Shown here: one piece after another, positions 53,558-61,351 of the stretch | Layout: each line of letters starts with the position of its first letter | How positions within the stretch are numbered: the stretch's first letter is position 1 | From: an uncultured Verrucomicrobiota bacterium | Lineage (GTDB): Bacteria > Verrucomicrobiota > Verrucomicrobiia > Methylacidiphilales > CAMAQI01 | Direction: 5' to 3' | Assembly (NCBI GenBank): GCA_964555235.1 | Contig: CAZKRU010000001.1 | Coordinates: 7,915 to 71,914, forward strand | Length of the DNA: 64,000 nt | The notes under the pieces: model-generated | The model's database searches: none | Seen by the model: only the letters and a program-made list of their open reading frames with translations | Told to the model about the DNA's origin: nothing | Position numbers and translations under genes: made by a program

Positions 53558-55804
53558 TTAATTCGTTGCCAACTTTGCCCGCCCCCATTTACCTCGATCC
53601 ACTGAATTCTTTCCCGTTCCATTCCAAACCAAAGCCTGTTTGCGGCGCTCCCCATCGTCACTATTATTCACCGCCACATCAAAGAGGAGTTCCTTCCCAT
53701 CCGCAGGAGTGATCCCCATCACTTTCCACGGAATCGTCGCCACCAGTGTATATCCGTCACCGGAGACTTCCCTCACCACCAAAGCACTGCAGTCTCCTGC
53801 ACCTGCCTCATTTCCTGCAACGAAGATCTCAGGTTTCTCACCGCTTGCGCTGATGCTAATATGCCGATCCGTAAATAACATCGGCCCCCCTTCATCGGGT
53901 TTCTGGTCGCCGACAAAGATTTCAATTCCATCGCCCAGCCAAAGCTTCTTCCCCTTTTGTTGATTCTTCATCGGGATCGGATCCTTAACCAGAATATGAA
54001 GATATAAATTCGTCACATCCCAACATAAACGAAAATCCGCTCTAAAATCATCGGATGGCTTTCCTTCAACAATACGAGTCCCATCAATGGAATCCGCCGG
54101 ACGTCCCGGCCAATTTGCCGTGGTTCCATCCAGTTTGATCCCAGGAAGCGATTGCGCAATGGAAAGCACCTTCCTGGAAGTCCCCATCTCCTTGGCAGTA
54201 AACCGCGGATCATCAAAATGAAACGGCGCCTTCTCCCCCATCATAATTGCATAAATCTGATCATTCGACAGCTTCGCTTGGGATACCAGCTCTTCATAGG
54301 GACGATCCACCACATTAATCAGTCCGATATTATTCCCCTCTCCATTAAATCCCTCAAAAAAGCGTCCTGTGATTGATTGATCCATATAGCTGAACCATTC
54401 GGAACCGACGACATAAGGAAGTGCAGCGGAAGATTCCAAATAATTGCGATAGGCCAGTCCACGCTCATTCTGATTTCTAACTTCCTTGCGCGCCAGCAAC
54501 CCCTGATCATCCGCACAGAAATGCCACTCACTCAAAATAATCGGCTTTCCCCCACTACGCTCGTGAACCTTCTTTAAAAACGATTCCTCAATCGCATAGG
54601 TATAATAATTAATACTCAGCACATCCAAATATTTCCCTCCCGCACGAACCACAATCTCACTCCCCGCCGTTCCCGCCGTCCAGCGACTTCCAATCAGCAA
54701 ATGATTCGAATCGTGCTTGCGGTAAACCCGATGAATCAATGAGTAGTAAGTCTCCATGAAAAGCTCAAAGAATTCCTTCATGTCCTGAGCCCCTGCCTCC
54801 GTACGAATGAACAACGGCTGATCTTTTAATTCATCAAAGCTTGCAAACGGTTTCGCTGGATTCCATGCCTCGTTAAATTTTTGGATCTCTCCATATTTTT
54901 TCTGGAGCAACTCAACCAACCGTAACTTTGATGCACAGGTGCTTTTGTAAGTCGGAATCAACTTCGGAATATTTTCAAAATGCTGTTCATTTCCCAAAAA
55001 GTATCCGATGAGCAGCGGATCCGAAGCACCGGGAGCAAGGGCCTTGGCAAAGGCGTCATCCAGCGCTTTTTCATTCCCGGGCGCAAACGGATCTAATAAT
55101 TTGGACGCCCCGATCTTATCCGGAAACAACTGAATCCCTGGAATTTTTCCCGACGGCAAATGCGCCACGTACGGAAAGTTAAGACCCTGCATCACTCCAG
55201 GCGAATAGCGGGAAAAGGCCCCCGCGCTGTTAAATCCCCAGGCACGAAGCCGTTCTACCGTTTGACGGCCAAATTCCTCGGGGTCATACGATTTCCCAAA
55301 TTTACGAATCCAATTCGCAATATAAAATGACATCACTCCCGCAGGACCTTCCGGTCGCCAGACCCTCGCAAACTCCCCCTTCTTTTCCGGAATCCACTCG
55401 TACGTCGTCTCCCGACCATCAACCAGCGTGTAATCATCAATATTGGCATTCACTCCACACGGTCCAAGGTGAAAGAACACATTCCCTTCGGGAGTCACCA
55501 AAACCAGACGCTCTCCTGCCTTTTCAACATGAAAAAAACCGGTCTTTTTTAGCTTATACTTTTCACCGCTCCCAGAGAGCCCACCAAACTTATCCAATGC
55601 CGTCGGTCCTGCCTTGGGGAGCTCTCGCTTCTGCTTCTCCACATCCGCTTTTAATTCCTCCTCACTCGTAATCTTATCAGGATAATTTTTCCTGACGCTC
55701 TGACCAAAGCGATCCACAATAAAGCTACCACTTGGAGCGGATTGCGCGAATTCCGCACCCAAAATAAGCCCGACGACCCCCAAAAGGAGCGCATTATTTA
55801 TCAT
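53558..55804 (-). CDS. Secreted GH-A-like glycoside hydrolase (same catalytic family as the tandem array) with C-terminal CBM9-like domain
   Basis: 748 aa. LIGYFLGNEQHF and PIILSEWHF are colinear with the NE and E motifs of the array paralogs. The C-terminus has FRLCWDVTNLYLHILVKD...GDGIEIFVG. Confidence 0.88.
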   Translation of the reverse strand: MINNALLLGVVGLILGAEFAQSAPSGSFIVDRFGQSVRKNYPDKITSEEELKADVEKQKRELPKAGPTALDKFGGLSGSGEKYKLKKTGFFHVEKAGERLVLVTPEGNVFFHLGPCGVNANIDDYTLVDGRETTYEWIPEKKGEFARVWRPEGPAGVMSFYIANWIRKFGKSYDPEEFGRQTVERLRAWGFNSAGAFSRYSPGVMQGLNFPYVAHLPSGKIPGIQLFPDKIGASKLLDPFAPGNEKALDDAFAKALAPGASDPLLIGYFLGNEQHFENIPKLIPTYKSTCASKLRLVELLQKKYGEIQKFNEAWNPAKPFASFDELKDQPLFIRTEAGAQDMKEFFELFMETYYSLIHRVYRKHDSNHLLIGSRWTAGTAGSEIVVRAGGKYLDVLSINYYTYAIEESFLKKVHERSGGKPIILSEWHFCADDQGLLARKEVRNQNERGLAYRNYLESSAALPYVVGSEWFSYMDQSITGRFFEGFNGEGNNIGLINVVDRPYEELVSQAKLSNDQIYAIMMGEKAPFHFDDPRFTAKEMGTSRKVLSIAQSLPGIKLDGTTANWPGRPADSIDGTRIVEGKPSDDFRADFRLCWDVTNLYLHILVKDPIPMKNQQKGKKLWLGDGIEIFVGDQKPDEGGPMLFTDRHISISASGEKPEIFVAGNEAGAGDCSALVVREVSGDGYTLVATIPWKVMGITPADGKELLFDVAVNNSDDGERRKQALVWNGTGKNSVDRGKWGRAKLATN

Positions 55805-55812
55805 ATGATAAT
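55798..55812. promoter_or_regulatory. Perfect TTATCATATGATAAT palindrome containing the start codon of 53558..55804
   Basis: ttatcatatgataat (15/15). Upstream on the coding strand are TTGACA (reverse complement of 55835-55840), 16 nt, TAAGTT, 8 nt and then the ATG. Confidence 0.5.
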
Positions 55813-55917
55813 AACTTATCTAAAAGACTGATTCTGTCAAATTGAATTGTGACTCAAAACTTCGTCGTCACCCCTAAATCCCAGTGAAACAGCTAAATCG
55901 GCATATTACAGTCTCAA

Positions 55918-56163
55918 CTATTGAAGCACAATCGTGGCCAAGACGCCGCCAGATTCATTCAAAAATTCGGGTTTATTTTTTGAATTACGGAGTGTGAATA
56001 AAATATTTTTCCCTCTCAATGCCCTCACAACAGCCTTTACCGCCTTGCTCTTGTTCGAATGGGTAAGCTGTTTCAATCCCCATTCGGAAGACGCATAAAC
56101 TGGCACTTGTATTTTGTACACTTTGACATTCATATTAGTTGAACCACTCCTCGATTCTTTCAT
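55918..56163 (-). CDS. Small hypothetical protein (weak call)
   Basis: 81-aa ORF, or 71 aa from MNVKVYKIQ.... It has no recognisable motif and lies between the island cargo and the excisionase-like gene. Confidence 0.3.
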   Translation of the reverse strand: MKESRSGSTNMNVKVYKIQVPVYASSEWGLKQLTHSNKSKAVKAVVRALRGKNILFTLRNSKNKPEFLNESGGVLATIVLQ

Positions 56164-56634
56164 TTCCCGTCATCGTATTTTCCTAGCGGGCCTAGGCAGA
56201 TGTTACCCTCATGTAACTCAACCTGTAGCGGGAAGATTATGTGTCAACGATATTATCCAGCGCGATTCATTCCCTTTCGCTCCTCAAAATCCTCAAGGCA
56301 TTTCTAAATCTCTTCCAATTCACCTTTGATGATCAGCAAATTATTTTTATGCCCTTTACTCAAGTGATGTTTCGAGGTCAAGAAGCCGTGTTGATCCTCG
56401 GCTTGAAATGAAATAATTTTCTTCCGTCATACAAAAATTTTACATAAATCATCTTGATTGCCGACGTAATGCCTTTGAAGACATGAATCCACGCATCTCT
56501 TCGTTGACAATCTACTCGTTTAAGTTACCAGTAGCTATAGATACAAAGCGAAGTCACGCTTTCCTCCTCGAAAAATCAAGTTTTTCGCGGGTATTCCAAC
56601 CAACTACATTACAAATTAAAAATCGAGCAATCGC

Positions 56635-56964
56635 ATGTCAAAACAGTACGAAATTGAAGCCCACACCTTATTGACGGCGCAGCGATTGCCTGCCCAGCTT
56701 TATGCAAAAGAAGCCGCGTTTTTTCTTCGCATTAGTCCGGAAGATCTGAATCATCTTGCTGTAAATAAACTCATCAAACCGGTTGGGAAACCGACTCCGA
56801 ATGCGCCAAAGTACTATCTGACACAGGAAGTTCTCAGTAAATCCAACGATTCTGAATGGATGAATAAAATGAACGTCTTTTTAAGTAAACACCGTAGAGA
56901 CAAGAATCTCAAATATCGGAAAGACGAGCCCCAAGACGTAACTTCCGCAGAGCTTCCTCAATAG
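56635..56964 (+). CDS. Excisionase/AlpA-like HTH DNA-binding protein
   Basis: 109 aa. LYAKEAAFFLRISPEDLNHLAVNKLIKPVG resembles HTH_17/excisionase-type motifs. The gene is convergent with and abuts the integrase gene. Confidence 0.6.
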   Translation: MSKQYEIEAHTLLTAQRLPAQLYAKEAAFFLRISPEDLNHLAVNKLIKPVGKPTPNAPKYYLTQEVLSKSNDSEWMNKMNVFLSKHRRDKNLKYRKDEPQDVTSAELPQ

Positions 56965-56965
56965 C

Positions 56966-58060
56966 TTACATTGCCTCCACGATTCTCGTTGAAGCCGAGG
57001 GCTCTACTACACTCAAAAATGGAATGATTTTGGAGTTACCATTCTTTTCCCACTCCTCCAATGAGGGACAGATCACCTCCGCTCCTTCAGAATAGGCACG
57101 ATGAACGGCTTTTGAGCCGTGTCCCAGATTTGACATCGCCATTCGCTCTGGATACCCCGAAGTCTTGGCTCGCTGCGCCCAAGCATAGCGATATGAGTGA
57201 AGCGAAACCCCTTGAATTCCAAGTCCGGCGCAGCGCTGTTTAAATTCCGTGGAACGATCCCCGGCGCGGACTGAATTCAAATACGGGAAGAAATACCCTT
57301 GCGCGGGCAGTTTCCTCACAATTCCTTCCAAACGGGGCCCTATGCGGACTTTGGCCGGAGGCTGATCCTGCCCCGCGAGCTTCTTCCGATAAATAACCAA
57401 TATGTTCTCCCTCCAATCAATCGCCTCAGCGCTTAAACGGGCCGCGTCTCCTTGCGATGCTCCAGTCTCCCAAAGAAAATCGTAATACAACCGACGCTCT
57501 GAATTTCTTTCTCGATCGATAATACGAAAATGTTCGTCCAAAGTAATGGCTCGCCTCTTCTGGTGGCGAACCTTAGGCCATAGTTTCTTGGGCAAAACAA
57601 TCTTGGGAAGCCAATCCATATCGAGAGCAAAGTTATGGATTTTTCGCAAAAACATATTCGTGGAAATTCCGCCAAGACCCAAAACCTTGAGAATGTCCTC
57701 GCCCGTCGTATCGATTAATTTTTTGTGGCGAATCAGGTCAAACGCTGCGTCTTTCATGGCCGACTTTTTTCTCATCAGTGTCAATGGACCCCCGCTTTGA
57801 GCAAACGCATCCATGACCGTCTGCCAATTCCTTTGAGTCATCTCCGGATCGGAAACGCTCAGATAGGCAATGGCAATTTTCCGATTGATGATCGGATTGG
57901 CGTGCGCTTCGTTGTGAGAATGTAAAAGACGTTTGGCTTCTTCCTTGTCGGAAGTTTCCAAACTAAATTGCTTTCGAGTCAGGCAATCCTCCAAGTAGAA
58001 ACGTCCTGACGCTCTGCGGCGATATAACCGATATTTCGACATGATGCTCCCTCTTGTCAT
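56966..58060 (-). CDS. Tyrosine recombinase/integrase
   Basis: 364 aa with box II LHSYRYAWAQRA (HxxR) and LGHGSKAVHRAY (H...Y). The box I region reads WETGASQGDAARL, so the expected Arg appears to be substituted. The gene lies 160 bp from the 3' end of tRNA-Cys. Confidence 0.85.
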   Translation of the reverse strand: MTRGSIMSKYRLYRRRASGRFYLEDCLTRKQFSLETSDKEEAKRLLHSHNEAHANPIINRKIAIAYLSVSDPEMTQRNWQTVMDAFAQSGGPLTLMRKKSAMKDAAFDLIRHKKLIDTTGEDILKVLGLGGISTNMFLRKIHNFALDMDWLPKIVLPKKLWPKVRHQKRRAITLDEHFRIIDRERNSERRLYYDFLWETGASQGDAARLSAEAIDWRENILVIYRKKLAGQDQPPAKVRIGPRLEGIVRKLPAQGYFFPYLNSVRAGDRSTEFKQRCAGLGIQGVSLHSYRYAWAQRAKTSGYPERMAMSNLGHGSKAVHRAYSEGAEVICPSLEEWEKNGNSKIIPFLSVVEPSASTRIVEAM

Positions 58061-58135
58061 AAGCTAGAGCGATCACAGAAAAGCCCTTCATGGCTTCTGG
58101 CCGGTTAAACGCCGTTTGTGGGTGGTTTTATGGAA

Positions 58136-58177
58136 AAATTCCAAAACCGATCCCACGTACTGGCAATTCTACTGGCA
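58136..58177. repeat. 42-bp arm-like repeat between integrase gene and tRNA (contains TACTGGCA-N4-TACTGGCA)
   Basis: aaattccaaaaccgatcccacgtactggcaattctactggca matches 18157-18198 at 40/42 positions. Confidence 0.65.
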
Positions 58178-58220
58178 AACCAGCTCTTGGGGGCCATTTT
58201 TCCCTCTGGATCAGAGGGAG

Positions 58221-58292
58221 AGGCGGGAGCCGGAATCGAACCGGCGCATAGGGCTTTTGCAGAGCCCGGCCTTACCACTTGGCAATCCCGCC
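58221..58292 (-). tRNA. tRNA-Cys (anticodon GCA)
   Basis: The reverse complement is GGCGGGATTGCCAAGTGGTAAGGCCGGGCTCTGCAAAAGCCCTATGCGCCGGTTCGATTCCGGCTCCCGCC plus discriminator T. It has a 7-bp acceptor stem, anticodon loop CTGCAAA and T-loop TTCGATT. CCA is not encoded. Confidence 0.9.
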
Positions 58293-58424
58293 GTGAAAAG
58301 GGAGCGACAGATTCTCCTGATCCTTGAATTCTGGCAAGTCAGAAATCATATAATTCACTTGTCACGTGTTTGACATCTAATTGAAACAATTCACCATTAC
58401 AAAGCAATCTTAGGAGAAAAAATT

Positions 58425-58928
58425 ATGTCACAACGCCCCAAAATTCTATTTCTTTGTACTGGTAATTCTGCCCGTAGTATCATGGGTGAATATCTCATCC
58501 GTCAAGTGGCCCCCGGGCGATTTGACTCCTGCAGCGCCGGCTCTCAGCCGAGTGGCAAAGTCAATCCATGGGTTCAACGCTGCCTCAAAGAAAAATTCAA
58601 GATCGATACCTCCGATGCACGAAGCAAGTCTTGGAGTGAATTTAAGGATACCCATTTTGACTTTGTGATTACGGTTTGCGACAACGCCAAAGAGAGCTGC
58701 CCGATCTGGCCCGGTCAACCGATTATCGCCCATTGGGGCTCTCCAGATCCCGCTGATTTTCAAGGGACGGATGAAGAAAAGATTCACAAAATCTACGATG
58801 TCGCCCTCCAGATTCGGCGCCGCATTGAGTTGTTCTGCAGCCTCCCCATTGAAAAAATGGAACGTCTCAAACTTCAAAAAGCCATGAGTGATATTGGCAC
58901 GCCGCAGCCGCAGCCCGTGAACGCATGA
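58425..58928 (+). CDS. arsC: Arsenate reductase, LMW-PTP/thioredoxin-coupled type
   Basis: 167 aa with KILFLCTGNSARS (the CX5R P-loop) and a downstream Cys pair in VCDNAKESCP. AGGAG lies 9 nt upstream. Confidence 0.85.
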   Translation: MSQRPKILFLCTGNSARSIMGEYLIRQVAPGRFDSCSAGSQPSGKVNPWVQRCLKEKFKIDTSDARSKSWSEFKDTHFDFVITVCDNAKESCPIWPGQPIIAHWGSPDPADFQGTDEEKIHKIYDVALQIRRRIELFCSLPIEKMERLKLQKAMSDIGTPQPQPVNA

Positions 58929-59716
58929 AGCGAATGCTTCTGGGTGAATTTCTCGGCACCGCGCTTCTGGTTTTCTTTGGATGCGGATCCGTCGCTGCTG
59001 CGGTCACCACCGGAGCTCAAGTCGGAATTTTCGAAGTCGCCATTGTTTGGGGACTTGGAATTGCAATTGCGATCGGTCTCACCGCACCCCTCAGCGGAGC
59101 GCATTTAAATCCTGCCGTCACACTCGCTGCGGCGATTTGGAAGAAATTCCCTTCGCGCCTTCTCCTCCCGTATTGGTTCGCCCAGCTGACTGGGGCCTTT
59201 TTCGCGGCCATTCTCCTACATCTCATCTTTTCTGATTCGATTCATACGTTTGAAAAGAGACAGGGAGTGATTCGAGGAACTCCTGGAAGCGAAGCCAGCG
59301 CGATGGTTTACGGTGAATACTTTCCCAATCCCGAAGGAAAAGCACTGACTCCTGACTCCCGTGAACGAATGACGGCGTCACGCGCTTTTTTTGCCGAAGT
59401 CGTTGGAACGGCGCTGTTGGTTCTGGTGATTTTCGGCCTCGAATCCGGATCCCCTCCGGTCTATCCACCCGGATTTCGACCCGTCCTGATTGGACTCACG
59501 GTAACCCTTTTGATTTCCCTCTTGGGACCACTGACAATGTGTTGTCTCAATCCCGCTCGAGATCTCGGACCGCGCCTCTTTTCGAGTCTGGCTGGATGGG
59601 GATCCATTCCATTCACCGTCAATGGAAGCGGATGGCTCACTGTTTACCTGATCGCCCCGCTTTTGGGTGGAGTTTTGGGAGGAGCAATTTTCCAAAGACT
59701 CCTCGCTGAAAAGTAA
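58925..59716 (+). CDS. MIP-family aquaglyceroporin (arsenite channel candidate)
   Basis: 263 aa with two NPA boxes (HLNPAVTLA and CLNPARDLGPR). A 4-nt overlap links it to arsC. Confidence 0.88.
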   Translation: MKRMLLGEFLGTALLVFFGCGSVAAAVTTGAQVGIFEVAIVWGLGIAIAIGLTAPLSGAHLNPAVTLAAAIWKKFPSRLLLPYWFAQLTGAFFAAILLHLIFSDSIHTFEKRQGVIRGTPGSEASAMVYGEYFPNPEGKALTPDSRERMTASRAFFAEVVGTALLVLVIFGLESGSPPVYPPGFRPVLIGLTVTLLISLLGPLTMCCLNPARDLGPRLFSSLAGWGSIPFTVNGSGWLTVYLIAPLLGGVLGGAIFQRLLAEK

Positions 59717-59723
59717 TGCTGCG

Positions 59724-60113
59724 TCAAATCAACTGAAACGCGGCCTCTCTTAGTTCATTTAATGCCATCCGCATCCTCTCCAAATCCTTCAGCTCTCCTC
59801 TTGGAGTTTCACTCTCAGCACCATCAATCAACGCTCGAATGGTTTTTTGAAGACTCGCAATGTCGAGTTCCAGATGTGCATAGAAAATATAAAAAATCTC
59901 CTGCGTCCTCGGAACATCATCAGGTCGAATGGAGTCATCAACAAGAACTTGAATCTGGTCAACCGTCGTGATGATAAACCTTAAATGAGCTTCACGATTA
60001 CTGTTCGCCTCAGCATCTTCCAAGAGAAGCTCGGAAAACCCTCGAATGATTCCCAAAAAATTTCTCAACTGATGACGCCCCCGTCGATACTTCAGTTTCA
60101 ACTCCTCGCTCAT
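59724..60113 (-). CDS. Small HisKA-like (H-box) domain protein
   Basis: 129 aa. RHQLRNFLGIIRGFSELLLEDA resembles the histidine-kinase dimerisation/phosphoacceptor H-box. There is no ATPase domain. Confidence 0.45.
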   Translation of the reverse strand: MSEELKLKYRRGRHQLRNFLGIIRGFSELLLEDAEANSNREAHLRFIITTVDQIQVLVDDSIRPDDVPRTQEIFYIFYAHLELDIASLQKTIRALIDGAESETPRGELKDLERMRMALNELREAAFQLI

Positions 60114-60248
60114 TGAGCGTCACTATGCCGAGCCCTCCGCCTCGAGCAAGAAGATAGCCTCCAAAAAATTCCGAAAACTTGGCGTGAGAGGCATTCTTCC
60201 AAAGTCCTGGATTGATTCTGATTCAACTCCTGCTTAGGATACGCTCCC

Positions 60249-60863
60249 GTGATCGAACCGCCACCGGCCCCCTCCTCTCCGGAACAGGATCCCCCGGATG
60301 CGGAGCTCGTTCAACGAGCCCAGCAAGGGGATCCCTCGGCATTTGACGACCTCGTCCGTCGCTATCAGAAGCGTCTCTACAGCGTCATCCACAACATGAC
60401 ACATCACCATGCAGACACAGAGGACATCCTTTACGAAACCTTTCAGAAGGCTTACCAAAACATTCACGGATTCAAGGCCCAATCCGGATTTCACACCTGG
60501 CTCTACCGGATCGCCATTAACCGGAGTCTCAATTTTATTCGCTCCCGAAAGAATAAAATTCATATCAGCTTAAATGACGACGAAAGCGATACCGCTCCCC
60601 CTTTGGAAATCCAGGATGAAACGGCCGCTCAAGACCCGGAACAGCAGCTTGCCCTTCAAGAATTACAAAATAAATTGAACGAATCGCTCCAGAAACTGTC
60701 TGAAGAGCATAGAGCTGTGGTAAATCTTTTCGACATACAAGGCCTGAGTCACGCGGAAATCGCCAAAATTATGGACTGTTCCGAAGGAACCGTTCGCTCC
60801 CGACTCTTTTATGCACACAAACAGTTGCAAAAATCTCTCAAATCGTATATAAATCAGGACTAA
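60249..60863 (+). CDS. ECF-type sigma-70 family sigma factor
   Basis: 204 aa with a GTG start. Region 2 is FDDLVRRYQKRLYSVIHNMT...TWLYRIAINRSLNFIR. Region 4 is LSEEHRAVVNLFDIQGLSHAEIAKIMDCSEGTVRSRLFYA. Confidence 0.9.
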   Translation: MIEPPPAPSSPEQDPPDAELVQRAQQGDPSAFDDLVRRYQKRLYSVIHNMTHHHADTEDILYETFQKAYQNIHGFKAQSGFHTWLYRIAINRSLNFIRSRKNKIHISLNDDESDTAPPLEIQDETAAQDPEQQLALQELQNKLNESLQKLSEEHRAVVNLFDIQGLSHAEIAKIMDCSEGTVRSRLFYAHKQLQKSLKSYINQD

Positions 60864-60867
60864 ATCA

Positions 60868-61344
60868 ATGAACCAACCAGAATCCACCCCTTCGCTTCAG
60901 AAATTATTGGCTTACAAGCGCTTGGATATGCCAAGTTCTGCTTATTTTAACGGGGTTGTTTCCGAGTTTCATCGTCGCCAACGCGCGAATTTCCTTCAAC
61001 CAAAGTCCACTTGGTCCACTTGGATGGAATCTCTCTCAGATATAATCTTCTTTCAACCGGCCCGATGCCTTCAGATGGCGAGCGTGACCTGCGCTTTGAT
61101 CACTCTGACAGTGGTTGGACTTTCTCATGCGTGGAACTCTCCCACGGGCGACCTCTTTGCCACTCACATCCCATCGATTTCTGAAGAACACTATCTCGTT
61201 TCAAACGCTTCGGAGACCTTGGCCACTCTAGAGCTCAGCCCGAAGCTCGAAATGGTCGCCTCCCTTCAAGACTCCGATTTGGAGCGGGCTCAATACGTCT
61301 TGAACGAAGCGCCTGCCGCCTACGATGCGGTCATGGCGTTTTAA
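60868..61344 (+). CDS. Putative membrane anti-sigma factor
   Basis: 158 aa, starting 4 nt after the sigma gene, with a single TM segment (MASVTCALITLTVVGLS). No zinc-binding anti-sigma motif was seen. Confidence 0.45.
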   Translation: MNQPESTPSLQKLLAYKRLDMPSSAYFNGVVSEFHRRQRANFLQPKSTWSTWMESLSDIIFFQPARCLQMASVTCALITLTVVGLSHAWNSPTGDLFATHIPSISEEHYLVSNASETLATLELSPKLEMVASLQDSDLERAQYVLNEAPAAYDAVMAF

Positions 61345-61351
61345 TCACCGC

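Larger units (their letters stand above)
19497..58240. mobile_element. Putative ~38.7-kb tRNA-Cys-integrated genomic island (CAZyme/sulfatase/adhesin cargo)
   Basis: Exact 20-bp direct repeats lie at both ends. A tyrosine recombinase and an excisionase-like gene sit next to the intact tRNA, and TA/defence-like modules sit at the distal end. A shared TACTGGCA-N4-TACTGGCA motif occurs near both ends. No conjugation or phage structural genes were seen. Confidence 0.65.
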
